Assembly: GCA_004431415.1 (NCBI GenBank)
Contig: QPMI01000087.1
Span: 1-64,000, forward strand
Reading direction: 5' to 3'
DNA length: 64,000 nucleotides
Source: Cyanophora paradoxa CCMP329
Lineage: Eukaryota; Plantae; Glaucophyta
The notes under the pieces are model-generated. The model was not told the DNA's origin, searched no databases, and saw nothing but the letters and a program-made list of their open reading frames with translations. The first letter of the stretch is position 1, and each line of letters begins with the position of its first letter. The position numbers were made by a program, and so were the translations under genes. Shown here piece after piece: positions 11,852 to 24,400 of this stretch.

Positions 11852-13009
11852 ATGGGCCAGAGCAGCGGATCGCTCCATGGCCATTCGTCCCCGAAGAAAG
11901 GCTCTCTGTACCGCGCGGTCTGCGTGGGGCTCGACGAATCCGGCAAGACGAGCTTCGTGCAGCGCCTCGCGCGCGAGGCCGGCGAGTCGCCCTCCAACTG
12001 CAAGCCCCCGCAGCAGGTGCGCGCGCGCGCGCTCCAGTTGAGCTCGCTGCGCGGGCGCTGACCTTCGCGGCCCGCCCCGCGCCTGCGCGCAGACCCTCGG
12101 GTTCTCCGTCTCCATCCTCCCGCTCTACCTCCCCCACGGCCGCTCCAAACTACAAATATGGGACCCGTGCGCACGCATCTTAAACGCTCCTAATCTCGGA
12201 TCTGGCGCTCAATATTGACGGCTCGGCGCGCGCGCGTGGCAGGGCGGGGCGGGAGGACATGCGGGGCCTGTGGGACGCGTACTTCGCGAAGTCGCACGTG
12301 GTCGTCTTTGTCGTCGACGCGGCGGACCGGGGGCGGCTGGAGGAGGCGCGGGACGAGCTCCAGCGCCTCCTGAACGCGCCGGACCTCCTCGGCAAGCCGC
12401 TGCTCGTGCTCGGGAACAAGAGCGACGCGCACGGGGCCTGCACGCCCAGCGAGCTGGAGGACCGGCTGGGCCTCCACAAGCACGCCGCCCGCAGCCGCCT
12501 CCGCGTCATCGTGCGCCCTTTCCCCCGCCCGCCCGCCCTTTCCGGTTCGCCGCTGACTTGCACTTGCCGCGCAGGGGATGTCGTGCGTGACGGGCGCGGG
12601 GGTCGACGAGGCGAAGGCGTGGCTCGTGTCCGAGCTCGCGGCCATCCAGATGGGCGCCCGGCACGCCGCGCGCCACGCCGCGAAGTCGGGCTCCCTGGGC
12701 CTGGGCCTGGGCCTGCCCCGAGCCAGCCCCGTCCCCGGCTCCGAGGCCTCCGGGACCCGCCGGCACAGCAGCCTGCCGACCCTCGGCCTTCGCGCCGGCT
12801 CCGCGCGGGGCTCCCTCTCGGTCTCGCCGCCCTCGCCCTCCTCGGGCTCCTCGCGCGACGTCTCCCCGGGCGCCCGCTCCGCCTCCTCCGCCTCCGCCTC
12901 CGCCTCCTCGCCCGCCCTCCTGCGCCTCTACAGCCTCCCGGGCTCCAACTCGTTCGACGACCTGGGCATCCTCCACCCCCGCGCCTTCCAGTCTGCCGCC
13001 TCCGCGTAG
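11852..13009 (+). CDS. ARF-like (ARL) small GTPase with Ser-rich C-terminal extension; 4 exons (11852-12016, 12093-12166, 12243-12510, 12575-13009)
   Basis: MG start (possible myristoylation), G1 GLDESGKT, G2 TLGF, G3 WDPAG, WxxYF, VFVVDAADRGRLEEARDEL, G4 NKSD, G5-like SCVTG; GT-AG introns keep the frame. Confidence 0.9.
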
Positions 13010-13539
13010 CCTTTATCAGCCGCACGCTTATTTACGTACTAGTACGTACTTTACCTAGGCCTGGTGTGTTTTATCTTCTTAAGTAATATTAATGCTCGTC
13101 GAGCTCCTTCTTCTTCTTCGTAGCCCAGTAGCCTACATATCGATCCGCCGCACGCTTAAGCCTACTTACTTGCCTATTTGCTTTGTTATAATTACGCATA
13201 TCATCTTCAGAAGTGCTCGTGAACTAGACGATGAACTAGCTACGTATATACAGTCTTCACCCTGCGACTTGGTCTCGGTAATGGGACTAAAGCTAAGGAT
13301 AAGATATTCTGACCTACTAAAGCGCGACCTAGCTATAGCTATAGGCGCTCCCAACGACGTTGCTGAAGCGCGGGCCGGGAGCGATTAAAGAATGGGAACT
13401 GAGCGCTTCTGCGGAAAGAATTGAAATGAAAGGAGGGTGCTGGGGGGTCCGACGGTCCAGAACGGTGTGGCTCAAAGAACGAAACCGCAGTGCAGACAGC
13501 AGCTGCAGGGCCGAAGCCCCCCTCGCCATAGCTAGCCGC

Positions 13540-16500
13540 TCACCCCGGCGGGAGGGCGCCGCCGCCAACGCCGGCGCCGGCGCCGGCGCCGGGCTCATGA
13601 TCGGGGCCCACCTGGACCCCCCTCCTGGCGAAGGCGGGGAGGCTGAAGACGCTGTACCACGCGGGCGGCGCCGCCCGCCGCTCCGCCCGCAGCTCCTCCA
13701 TCGCCGCCTCCACGCGCTGCGCACGACCCCGCCTTCAGACAGGAGGGGGAGAAGGAGGGGGCGGGATCGGATTCGAGCGCACGCGGACGCGGGGGTGGTC
13801 GGGTGGGAAGGCGCGGGGGAACTTGGAGCGGTACGAGGCGAGCGCCGCCTTGAGGAGCGGCAGGGCGGCCCCCGCCTTGCCTGCCCCCCCCGGCCCGGCT
13901 CGAGCGCGAGCGAGCGAAACGAACGGGAGCGGGGCGGGGCGCGGGGCGGGGCGGGGCGGGCGCACCGGCGGCGCGGAGGGCGTCGGCGCGCCGGACGAGT
14001 ACGTGGGCCAGCATCGGCGTCCGCTCCTCCGGGTCCGCAGCCTGTTCTCGTACCCCGCCCGGCCCGGCGCCCCCGGATCAGCGATCAGGCGCGGCGCCCC
14101 CAACTGGAGGAGAGCGGAGGCGGGTCGAGAACCCGCGTCCGCCCTCCGCCCTCCGCCCTCGGCCTCGGGCGCGCACCTTGACGATCTTGGCGGCGACGGA
14201 GAGGACGCGCGCGCGCACCGCCGGCGTCATATTCGCCCGCGCCGCCGCCACCTGCGCCCGCGAAGGGGCCCCGGCCCCCCCGCTCAGCTCAGCTCAGCCC
14301 GAGAGCCGTGGCGGAGCTCGAGGCCGGCGCGCCTCCTGGTGGGACAGCCTGCGCCCCAATATGAGCCGCGGCGGGGGCGGGGGCGGGCGGGCATCTGGTT
14401 CTTCCAAAGAAGAGCTACGAACTGCTTTCTTAAAGAGGGCGGCTCCGCTTGAAGCTCTATCAGGGCGCTAGTAGAATCTATCGTGAAAGTTCAAGAATCT
14501 ATCAGGGCGCTAGGGCCGCGGGCACCAGTCCAGGTCGGGGAGGGCCGGGTCGTCGAGGGCGACCAGCACCCGCAGCGCCTCCAGCCGCGTCCCCCGCGCC
14601 GCCAGCAGCCGCCCTGCCCCGCCCCGCCCGTCAAACCGGGGGGAAGGGGGGAGGGGGAAGGGCGGGGGGTACGCGGGCACCGGCGACGAGGAGATCGGTC
14701 GCGTGGACGTGCAAGATGCGGGCCAGCAGGAGCCTGAAAAAACTGAGGGGGGGGGAGGGGCAGGGGGGTAGGGGCGCACTCGTGCCCGGGCCCGAGCCCC
14801 TGCGCGACTTCGACGGCGCGCGTGGAGAGCGCGATGGCGCCCCCCGCGTCCAGCACCCTCCGGCACGCCGCCACTGGGAGCGAAGGGGTTCGGCTCCGCG
14901 CGGGACCATTGTTTGCGAGGCGCGCGTACCGTGGGCGTGGAGGACGAGGAACTGCGAGACGGCGGCCTCGACCCCCTCCCCCGCCAGCGTGTACGACTTC
15001 TCAGTGACGCGTATCCCCATCTTGATGCGGCCGATCGAGTCTAGCGTGGGCGTTAAGAAAGGTTTGGGGGGAAGGGGGGGGGGGGGGGGGGGGGGAGGGG
15101 GAGAAGGGGAGAAGGGGGAAGAGGGTTACACTGGAGGTCCGCGAGGGCCGGGATGAGCGCCGCCTCCATTCGCGAGGGCGTCATCTGCCGCTTCACCAGC
15201 TCCGACCACGCCTGCCGGGGTACACGCTCGCTCGGGAGGGGTACAGGGCCCGAAAAGGGGTACGGGCCGGCCGACCTCGAAGTAGAGACCTATCGCCTCT
15301 TCCTTCCTCTCGAACTGGCCGGTCGCGATGGCGTCACGAAGGGTGCGGGGGTACGATGCGGTCCCATAAACGCGTACCCTGTCCAGCGCGGAGGCGTGGA
15401 AGAGGATGGCCTTGGGGCGGAGCGGCCCCGGCGACTCCGCGTACTCGTTGGAGAGTTGCAGTACCCTCCGCAGGAGCTGCGCGGGCGGCGCGGCGGGTTC
15501 GGAGGGGGCGATAAGCGCGGCTCGGTAGGGGTACGGCGATGCGCACGCGGGAGGTCAGATCCCAATCCAGCGCGAAGAGGTCCTCGCTGGCCCGCGGCAT
15601 CTCCACCGTACCCGCCTGGGAGGGGGTACGGTTTCGGCGGAGACTGGGGAGGGAGGGGGAGAGAGAACGGAGGGGGTACCAGGAGGAGCCCCGTGGCGCT
15701 GTCGATGAGGAGCTCGGCCTCCTCGACGGAGAGGGGCGCCGGGCCTGCCCGCTGCAGCGCGCTCACCAGCGCCGCGAGCGCGCCCCGCGCCTGCGCGAGG
15801 GCCGTCGGGGGCGAGGGGGGTGGAACCCGAGGGGGGTACGCGTCCGTACGAGGCGGGGGTCGTGGGAGGCGCGCAGGACGGCGAGTGCTCGGCGGACGGC
15901 CATGCGGCCTTTGATTGTTTGGAACAGGTTCGAATTCAGCAGGCGCGCGTCCGAAAGGGTCTTGGGCGAGGGGGGTACGTGAGAAAGCGCAGCCGGGTGC
16001 GGGCGGGAAGGGGCGGGGGTACCAGAGCGAGCTTGTCTGCAAGAACGGGCCGACTCGCGGGTGCGCCTCTTGAAGCCTCCGTCAGGCTGAGAATGCTCGC
16101 CACTAGCGCATCTCCGGGGGGGCCAGGCGGCAGACGGTATGGCGGTTTGCTCTGCGGCGGGTCCCCGTCAGAGCGGGTGGGGGGAGGGAGGCCGCGATAG
16201 GGGGACAAGGGCACTGCGCACCGGCTGGTGGAAGAGGAGTCCCGCGACGGGGGGCGTGTGGGGGAGGGCGGGCGCGGCCTCGGCCTCCGGCTCGCCCGGC
16301 CCGGTCCCGGCGGCCTCCGAGTCCGGATCGGGCTCGTCGCCCTGGCGCACGACCATGTCGCCCACGGCTTGCGCGCGCCCCGCGGAGGAAAAGAACTCTG
16401 CGCGCTCGCTCGCCTCGTCTCGCGGGCGGCCAGCGCTCGACGCTCGCGGGGGGCGCGTGCGCACCGTGAAGCCAGTCGCTTTTGCCGCGCTCCCACGCCT

Positions 16501-16603
16501 CGATCCTGTTCTGCTTGTCCGCCTCCACGAGCCAGCTGCTCACCTCCGGCCGCGGCGGCGCCGGCGCCCACGTGCACGGCGCCGGCTCGAAGGCGGGCTG
16601 CAT
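13540..16603 (-). CDS. Multi-exon unknown alpha-helical protein with a TPR-like C-terminal segment, paralog A (start uncertain)
   Basis: Exon peptides shared with paralog B: MQPxxxPAPCTWAPAPPRPEVSSWLVEADKQ, TLSDARLLNSNLFQTIKGRMAV, QAWSELVKRQMTPS, ALxxLxAALASYRSKFPRAFPPDHPRVR (kinesin-light-chain-type TPR-like). Confidence 0.65.
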
Positions 16604-17096
16604 GGCACTCCTTCGGGACTAGGGAGTCCTCCAAGCGGGGCGATTTCACGCCGGAGCGTGAGCTCCGCGGCGGATGGCGTTACGCGCAGAACGGGGAGGC
16701 GGAGGCGGACGGCCACAGACACCGCCTCCAGGATCCGGAGCCGCTGCGCTGCCGCCAGCAGGTTGCTTGGCGTTGCAGAGCGTGGGCGCTTACACCTGTA
16801 GTCGCATCCGCGCCACAGCAAGCAGCGAGCTTGATCCTTCGAAGGCGACAACGCGTCCCGCCGACGAGTGCTCTACATGCTGTGGGAGCCGCAGCCGCGC
16901 GCCGCGAAGTCTTCGTTACCACCCGTACCCCCGTACTGCTCGCGGTACGTATACGTATACGTCTATACGTCACGTCCAGCAGCAACTTGCAACGTTAACG
17001 TTAACCGTTGAACGTAACAGCGACTCAACATATGCATATACAACGCCGTCCGCACTAGTACTTCGCGATCGGCTCTAGTATACGTAGATCTAGATC

Positions 17097-17181
17097 TTTT
17101 TTTTTTTTTTGGTGAATTACCGGCCACAGTCTCTAGACACCAGCACTGCGGGGGCTGCCCAGGGGGCCTAAAGACAAAAAA
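17097..17181 (-). mobile_element. ~70-nt short interspersed element with poly(A) tail and 9-bp target-site duplication
   Basis: T14-GGTGAATTACCGGCC...TAAAGACAAAAAA flanked by AGATCTTTT on both sides (17092-17100, 17181-17189); second copy at 56028-56112. Confidence 0.7.
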
Positions 17182-17614
17182 GATCTTTTGGGGCGTGCCA
17201 CATGCACGGTGTACTGTATATAACGTGCGAGCTCTCCCTGCAGCTGCATGCGCATGGCCACTGGGCCAGCTGCAGCAGCCTGGCAGCTCGCTCGCGATCG
17301 AGCGATATCAATTGCAATGAATTCGAATGGAATCGCTTCAAAAGTCACTGCAGCTGATCATGACTACTTTAGTGTTTCTCCTTCTTCTTCTTCTGGTAAT
17401 GCGACTAAAGCTAAGGACAACATATTCTGACCTACTGAAGCGCGACCTAACTATAGCTATAGGCGCTCCCAACGAGCGATTAAAGAACGGGAACTGAGCG
17501 CTTCTGCGGAAATAATTGAAATGAAAGGAGGGTGCTGGGCGTCCACGTCCAGAAGCAGTGTGGCTCAAAGAACGAAACCGCAGTGCAGAAAGCAGCTGCA
17601 GGGCCGAAGCCTGG

Positions 17615-20600
17615 CTAGCTGCTGGCCCCGGCCCCGGCGGGAAGGGCGCCGCCGCCCCCCACGCCGCCGCCGCCGCCGGGGGGCTCGGGGCCCACCCGGA
17701 GCCCCCGCCTGGCGAAGATGGGGAGGCCGAAGAGGCTGTGCCACGCGGGCGGCGCCGCCCGCCGCTCCGCCCGCCGCTCCGCCCGCAGCTCCTCCATCGC
17801 CGTCTCCACGCGCTGCGCACGACCCCGCCTTCAGAAAGGAGGGGGAGAAGGAGGGGCGGGATCGAATTCGAGCTCACGCGGACGCGGGGTGGTCGGGGGG
17901 AAGGCGCGGGGGAACTTGGAGCGGTACGAGGCCAGCGCCGCCTCGAGGGGCGGCAGGGCGGCCCCCGGCTTGCCTGCCCGCCCGGCTCGAACGGGGCGGG
18001 GCGGGGCGGGGCGCGCGGGCGGGCGCACCGGCGGCGCGGAGGGCGTCGGCGCGGCGCACGAGCACGTGCGCCAGCATCGGCGTCCGCTCCTCCGGGTCCG
18101 CCGCCTGGCCCGCGGATACGGGCACGGGCCCTCGAATTAGAACGCGGCGGACGCGCTGGAGGCGGCGCGGCGGAGAGGAGAGGGGGCGCCCGCGCCCTAA
18201 AGCTTCGCTTCCTCCTATCCTCGAAGCCCGCGCCCCGGCCCGCAGACCGCCGGATCCGGAGGGAAGCGCACGCGGCGCAGTTGCAATTGGCGCACCTTGA
18301 TGACGCCGGCGGCGACGGAGTGGAGGCGGACGCGCACCGCCGGCCTCATCTTCGCCAGCGCCGCCGCCACCTGCTCGCCCAGCCCAGCCCAGCTCACCTC
18401 AGCTCAGCTCGAGAGCTGCGCCGGGGGCCGGCGCGCCTCCTGGTGGGATAACCTGCGCCCCAATATGAGCCGCGGCGGGCGGGGGCGGGGGCGGGCGGGC
18501 ATCTGGTTCTTCCAAAGAAGAGCTACGAACTGCTTTCTTAAAGAGGGCGGCTCCGCTTGAAGCTCTATCAGGGCGCTAGTAGAATCTATCGTGAAAGTTC
18601 AAGAATCTATCAGGGCGCTAGGGCCGCGGGCACCAGTCGAGGTCGGGGAGGGCCGGGTCGTCGAGGGCGACCAGCACCCGCAGCGCCTCCAGCCGCGTCC
18701 CCCGCGCCGCCAGCAGCCGCCCTGCCCCGCCCCGCCCGTCAAACCGGGGGGAAGGGGGGAGGGGGAAGGGCGGGGGGTACGCGGGCACCGGCGACGAGGA
18801 GATCGGTCGCGTGGACGTGGAGGATGCGGGCCAGCAGGAGCCTGAAAAAAATGAGGGGGGGGGAGGGGCAGGGGGGTAGGGGCGCACTCGTGCCCGGGCC
18901 CGAGCCCCTGCGCGACTTCGACGGCGCGCGCGGAGAGCGCGATGGCGCCCCCCGCGTCCAGCACGGTCCGGCACGCCGCCACTGGGAGCGAAGGAGTTCG
19001 ACTCCGCGCGGGACCATTGTTCGCGAGGCGCGCGTACCGTGGGCGTGGAGGACGAGGAACTGCGAGACGGCGGCCTCGACGCTGTCCCCCGCCAGCACGT
19101 ACGACTTCTCAGTGACGTGTATCCCCATGTTGATGTGGCTGATCGAGTCTGCAGGGGGCGTCAAAAAAGAAGGGGGAGGAGGGGAAGGGGGAAGGGGGGT
19201 ACACTGGAGGTCCGCGAGGGCGGGTATGAGCGCCGCCTCCATCGGCGAGGGCGTCATCTGCCGCTTCACCAGCTCCGACCACGCCTGCCGGGGTACACTC
19301 TCGCTCGGGAGGGGTACAGGGCCCGAAAAGGGGTAGGGGCCGGCCGACCTCGAAGTAGAAACCGATGGCCTCTTCCTTTTTCTCGAACTGGCCGGTCGCG
19401 ATGGCGTCACGAAGGGTGCGGGGGTACGATGCGGTCCCTGCAATAAACGCGTACCCTGTCCAGCGCGGACGCGTGGAAGAGGATGGCCTTGGGGCGGAGC
19501 GGCCCCGGGGAGTCTGCGTACTCGTTGGCGAGATGCAGTACTCTCCCCAGGAGCTGCGCGGGCGGCGCGGCGGGTTCGGAGGGGGCGATAAGCGCGGCTC
19601 GGTAGGTGTACGGCGATGCGCACGCGGGAGGTCAGCTCCCAGTCCAGCGCGAAGAGGTCCTCGCTGGCCCGCGGCATCTCCACGGTACCCGCCTGGGTGG
19701 GGGTACATTTTCGGCGGAGACTCGGGAGGGAGGGGGAGAGAGAACGGAGGGGGTACCAGGAGGAGCCCCGTGGCGCTGTCGATGAGCAGCTCGGCCTCCT
19801 CGACGGAGAGGGGCGCCGGGCCCGCCCGCTGCAGCGCGCTCACCAGCGCCGCAAGCGTGCCCCGCGCCTGCGCGAGGGCCGTCGGGGGCGAGGAGGGCGG
19901 AGCCCGAGGGGGGTGCGCGTCCGTACGAGGCGCGGGTCGTGGGAGGCGCGCAAGGCGGCGAGGGCGCGGCGGACGGCCATGCGGCCTTTGATTGTTTGGA
20001 ACAGGTTCGAATTCAGCAGGCGCGCGTCCGAAAGGGTCTGGGGCGAGGGGGGTACGTGAGAAAGCGCAGCCGGGTGCGGGCGGGAAGGGGCGGGGGTACC
20101 AGAGCGAGCTTGTCTGCGAGGAAGGACAGACTCGCGGGTGCGCCTTTTGAAGCCTCCGTCAGGCTGAGAATGCTCGCCACTAGCACATCTCCGGGCGGGC
20201 CCGGCGGCAGACGGTATGGCGGGTTGCTCTGCAGCCGGTCCCCGACTCCCCGTCAGAGCGGATGGGGCCGGGAGGGCGCGAGGGGGTACGAGGGCACTGC
20301 GCACCGGCTGGCGGAAGAGGGGTCCCACGACGGGGGGCGAGTGGGTGAGGGCGGGCGCGGCGGGGCCGGCGCGAAGGGAACCGGAGCCGCCGGCCTCCTC
20401 CTCCGGCTCGCCCGGCATGGGCCCGGCTGCCTCCGAGTCCGGATCGGGCTCATCGACCTGGCCCGCGGCCAGCCCTTCCACGGCGCGCCCCGCGGAGGAG
20501 ACGAACTCTGCGCCCCCGCCCGCCCGCTCGTCTCGGGGCGCGGGCGGCTAGCGCTCGACGCTCGCGTGGGGCGCGAGCGCACCGTGGAGCCAGTCGCCTT

Positions 20601-20727
20601 TGCCGCGCTCCCACGCCTCGATCCTCTTCTGCTTGTCGGCCTCCACGAGCCAGCTGCTCACTTCCGGCCGCGGCGGCGCCGGCGCCCACGTGCACGGCGC
20701 CGGCTGGAGGATAGCTGCAGGCTGCAT
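17615..20727 (-). CDS. Multi-exon unknown alpha-helical/TPR-like protein, paralog B (start uncertain)
   Basis: As paralog A; the indel just downstream of the ATG is in frame between the copies. Confidence 0.65.
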
Positions 20728-21416
20728 GGCTCTCCTTCGGGAGCCCTCCAAGCGGGGCGAGTTCACGCCGGAGCGTGAGCTCCGCGGCGGGCGGCGTTAC
20801 GCGCAGGGGGACGCGGAGGCAGGAGGGACGCTACAGCTACGGCAACAGACACCGCCTCCAGGATCCGGAGCCGCGGCGCTGCCGCCAGCAGGTAGCTCGG
20901 CGTTGCAGAGCGTTGCCGCGGACGGTGGGGAAGTTGGGGGATCCAACAGCTGTAGCCGCATCCGCACCGCAGCAAGCAGCGAGCTCGACCTTTCGGGTCA
21001 CTGCGCGTCCCGCCGGCGTGCTCTACGTCTGTCGCAGCCGCAGCCGCGCGCTTCGCGCAAGTCTCGTTACCACCCGTACCCCCAGACGCACCGACCGCCC
21101 GCCTCCCAGGGCGCCCAGGGCGCCCATTGGCGGTGCGAGGGCGCTCAGCAAGACGCGGTAAGGAGGGCTGCGCAAGGCGAGGGCGCTGGGCACGTGCAAT
21201 GAATTTCATAATTGCCATGATGGACCTAGCGCCTGGGTCGTCTTAGGTCCTGGGGGGTACAATTGTTCTCAGGTGGACCGTCAATAACGAGGCCCGGCCG
21301 CCTTCTCACTCACTCCGGTCCAACGACAACAGCGACGCACCAGCGCCGTCCGCACTTCGCCTCTTTCGGGGCGTGTACAGTACCAGCACTCCAACTAGCT
21401 CAGGGCCACTTCTTCA

Positions 21417-24400
21417 ATGGCGTTCCTCTCCCTCGCGGTCGGGGCCCCGGCCCGCGACACGGTCTCTGCCCAGCAGCTCGTTCAATGCGATGTCACTGCT
21501 CGCGTCTCCAACGCGCCCTCCGGTGAGCCGGCCGCTCTAGGTCTAGAACTTACGTACGCGTACGCATGCGCGTGCAATGATGTACGCGCGCCCCGCGGTC
21601 GGGCCCGGGCGTACGCGGCCTTAAATCGCTTCACAAGTGCTCCAGTGTTCCTCCTGCTTGTTCTCCGCCCCGTCTATCGGCTGGTTCGCCCGAGCCCGCG
21701 GTCTGACGCTTCGTGTTCGCGCAGGTTCTCGGGCGCGCCGCCAGCTCCGGCGCGTGGCGGCCGACGTGACCGAGGCCCGCCAGTTCTTCGGCAGCAATGT
21801 GGCCTCCAGTAGCCGCGCGACTCCGGCGCCGTCGGCCTCGGTCCCGCAGCCCATCCGCGCCATCGCCGACCCGCCGGTCAAGCCCGCCAAGAAGACGAAG
21901 GAGCAGTACGTGTTCAGCTTTGGGAAGGACGTCGAGTCCCCTCCGCTGGACCGGAACCTGCTCGGCGGTACGCGCGCGCGGAACCTTCGACGCCTCCGCC
22001 GAGCGTCGCCGCCGCCCCTGCAGCTGACTGGGGCCGCTGCGCGCAGGCAAGGGTAACAACCTTTGCGAGATGAGCACCATCGGCATCCCGGTACGTGCTG
22101 CCGCGCGGAAATTATTACCCGCGGCGGGGGGCGGCCCTTCGGCCAGGCCCCTGGCCCGGCCCGCTATATCGTTCCGTGGGGCCTAGTTTAGTCGAATATG
22201 CGCGGAATTTAGCTCCAGAGTCGCCCAAACTCGCGTGCGCCGCTGACCGGAGCGCGGCAGGTGCCGCCGGGCTTCATCATCACCACCCGCGCCTGCAACG
22301 ACTACCGCGGCAGCGGCCGCCAGCTCCCTGAGGGCCTTCGCGAGCAGGTAAGCCCCGCCCCGGTCAGGTCCGCGGCCGCCGGCTGACGCCGCGCCGGCAG
22401 GCGATCAACGCGCTGCGCACGCTCGAGGCCCAGATGGGCGCGAAGCTCGGCGCCCCCGTCAACCCGCTGCTTGTCTCCGTTCGCTCGGGCGCCCGCGTCT
22501 CCATGCCCGGGTGCGCTGCGCGAACTCCTGCGGCGCCCGGCGCGGCCCGCGCCGGGCTGACGCCTCTGGGCCCGCAGGATGATGGACACCGTTCTGAACC
22601 TCGGCTGCAACGACCTCTCGGTCGTCGGCCTCGCCAAGGCGACCGGCAACGAGCGCCTGGTGCCTGATTTGAATTCTATCCGGATTTGATCCGAATTTGA
22701 TCCGGCCCGCTCCGCGCGCCGCAGGCGTACGACAGCTACCGTCGCTTCGTGATGATGTATGCGGACGTCGTGATGAGCGTGGAGCGCCGGCTCTTCGAGA
22801 AGGCCTTCGACAAGCTGAAGGAGGCCGAGGGCGTCGAGCACGACGTCGATCTCTCCGTGGACGGCCTCAAGAAGGCCGTCGAGGTCTTCAAGGGCATCTA
22901 CAAGGAGGAGCTCGGCGAGGAGTTCCCGCAGGACCCCGTCGAGCAGATGTTCGGCGCCGTCCGCGCCGTCTTCAACTCCTGGGACTCCGAGCGCGCCAAG
23001 GTGCAGCTTCTCTCTCAACTCTTTCCTCCCTTTCCTTCCTTGTTCTGACCCGCACCGCCAGGTCTACCGCCGCGTGAACTCGATCCCGGACGACTGGGGC
23101 ACGGCCGTCGTCGTCCAGTCCATGGTCTTCGGGTGCGCCGCCCCCGGATCGAATCCCGGCCTCTCCCGTTCCTTTCTCTTCCTCTTTCTGACCGCTCCGC
23201 AGCAACAAGGGCGACACCTCCGCCACCGGCGTCGGCTTCACCCGCAACCCCATGTCCGCCTTTCTTCTCTTCTTTTCTTGCAAAACGATCGGCGCCTGAT
23301 TCGAACCCGCAGCTCCGGCGAGGACTCGTTCTACGGCGAGTTCCTCGTCAACGCCCAGGGCGAGGACGTCGTCGCCGGCATCCGTACCCCCCTCCCCATC
23401 AACAAGAAGCAGGCCCAGGAGACGGGCCGCACGGGGCAGCCGACGCTCGAGGAGGTCATGCCCGAGGCGAGCCGTACCCCTCCCCCCCCTTCCGCCTGGT
23501 GCCCCCCCTAACGGGGCCGGGCCACAGGTCTACCAGCAGCTCATTGATACCGGCAAGACTCTCGAGAAGCACTACGGCGACATGCAGGTACCCCCTTCTC
23601 CGCCCGTTGTCGTTCGCGCACCCCCGTCCGACCGAGTGCCGGTACCCCCAGGACCTCGAGTTCACGATCGAGAACGGGCGCCTGTACATGCTCCAGACGC
23701 GCTCCGGCAAGCGTACCGGCATGGCCGCCGTCACGTGCGCCCCTTTACCCCCCCTCACCGAATCCGCCCAGCCGATCTGAGCCGGGCGCAGGATCGCGGC
23801 GGACATGCTGAAGGAGGGGGCCATGAGCGAGACGGCGGCGCTGAAGAACGTGCAGCCGGAGCAGCTCTCGCAGCTCCTCGCCCCCGTCTTCGACCAGAAG
23901 GCCAAGGACGCAGCCAAGGAGAAGCGCGCCGCGAAGGGATTCAACGCGGGGCCCGGCGCCGCCTCGGGCCTCCTGGTCCTCTCCACCGAGAAGGCCGTCC
24001 AGTGGGCCGCCGAGGGCAAGAAGGTCGGCCTGTGCAGATCTAAGCTTGATTTCTTGTCCTTATCTTCTCCGGATCCTTAGGTGGTTCTGGTGCGCGAGGA
24101 GACGAGCCCGGACGACTACCCCGGCATGGTGGTGGCGCAGGGCGTCCTCACCGCCCGCGGCGGCTCGACGAGCCACGCCGCCGTCGTCGCCCGCGGCATG
24201 GGCAAGCCCTGCGTCGTCGGCTGCAGCTCGCTGCACGTCGACGAGGAGAAGGGCGTCGTCGCTGCCGGCGGCATGTCCATCAAGGTCTGTGCCTATTTCT
24301 TACTTTCTGCTCTCATATTATTTCTTATAGAAGCGCTGACGCCGCCCTCCGCCGCGCAGGAGGGCGAGGCGATCTCGATCGACGGCTCCACCGGCGAGGT

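Larger units (their letters stand above)
13277..21083. repeat. Diverged tandem segmental duplication (copy A ~13277-16931, copy B ~17395-21083)
   Basis: Colinear similarity with many substitutions and in-frame indels; the central part is nearly identical. Confidence 0.93.

Noticed and set aside
17111-17176. tRNA, or HDV-like or hammerhead ribozyme, in the short element
   Set aside because: No T-loop/B-box, no CUGANGA/GAAA core, and I could not build the HDV P1/P3 pairings.
21523-21724. Alternative cytosolic PPDK start in intron 1, as in plants
   Set aside because: No in-frame ATG between intron 1 and the mature N-terminus; the listed ORF starts at GTG.
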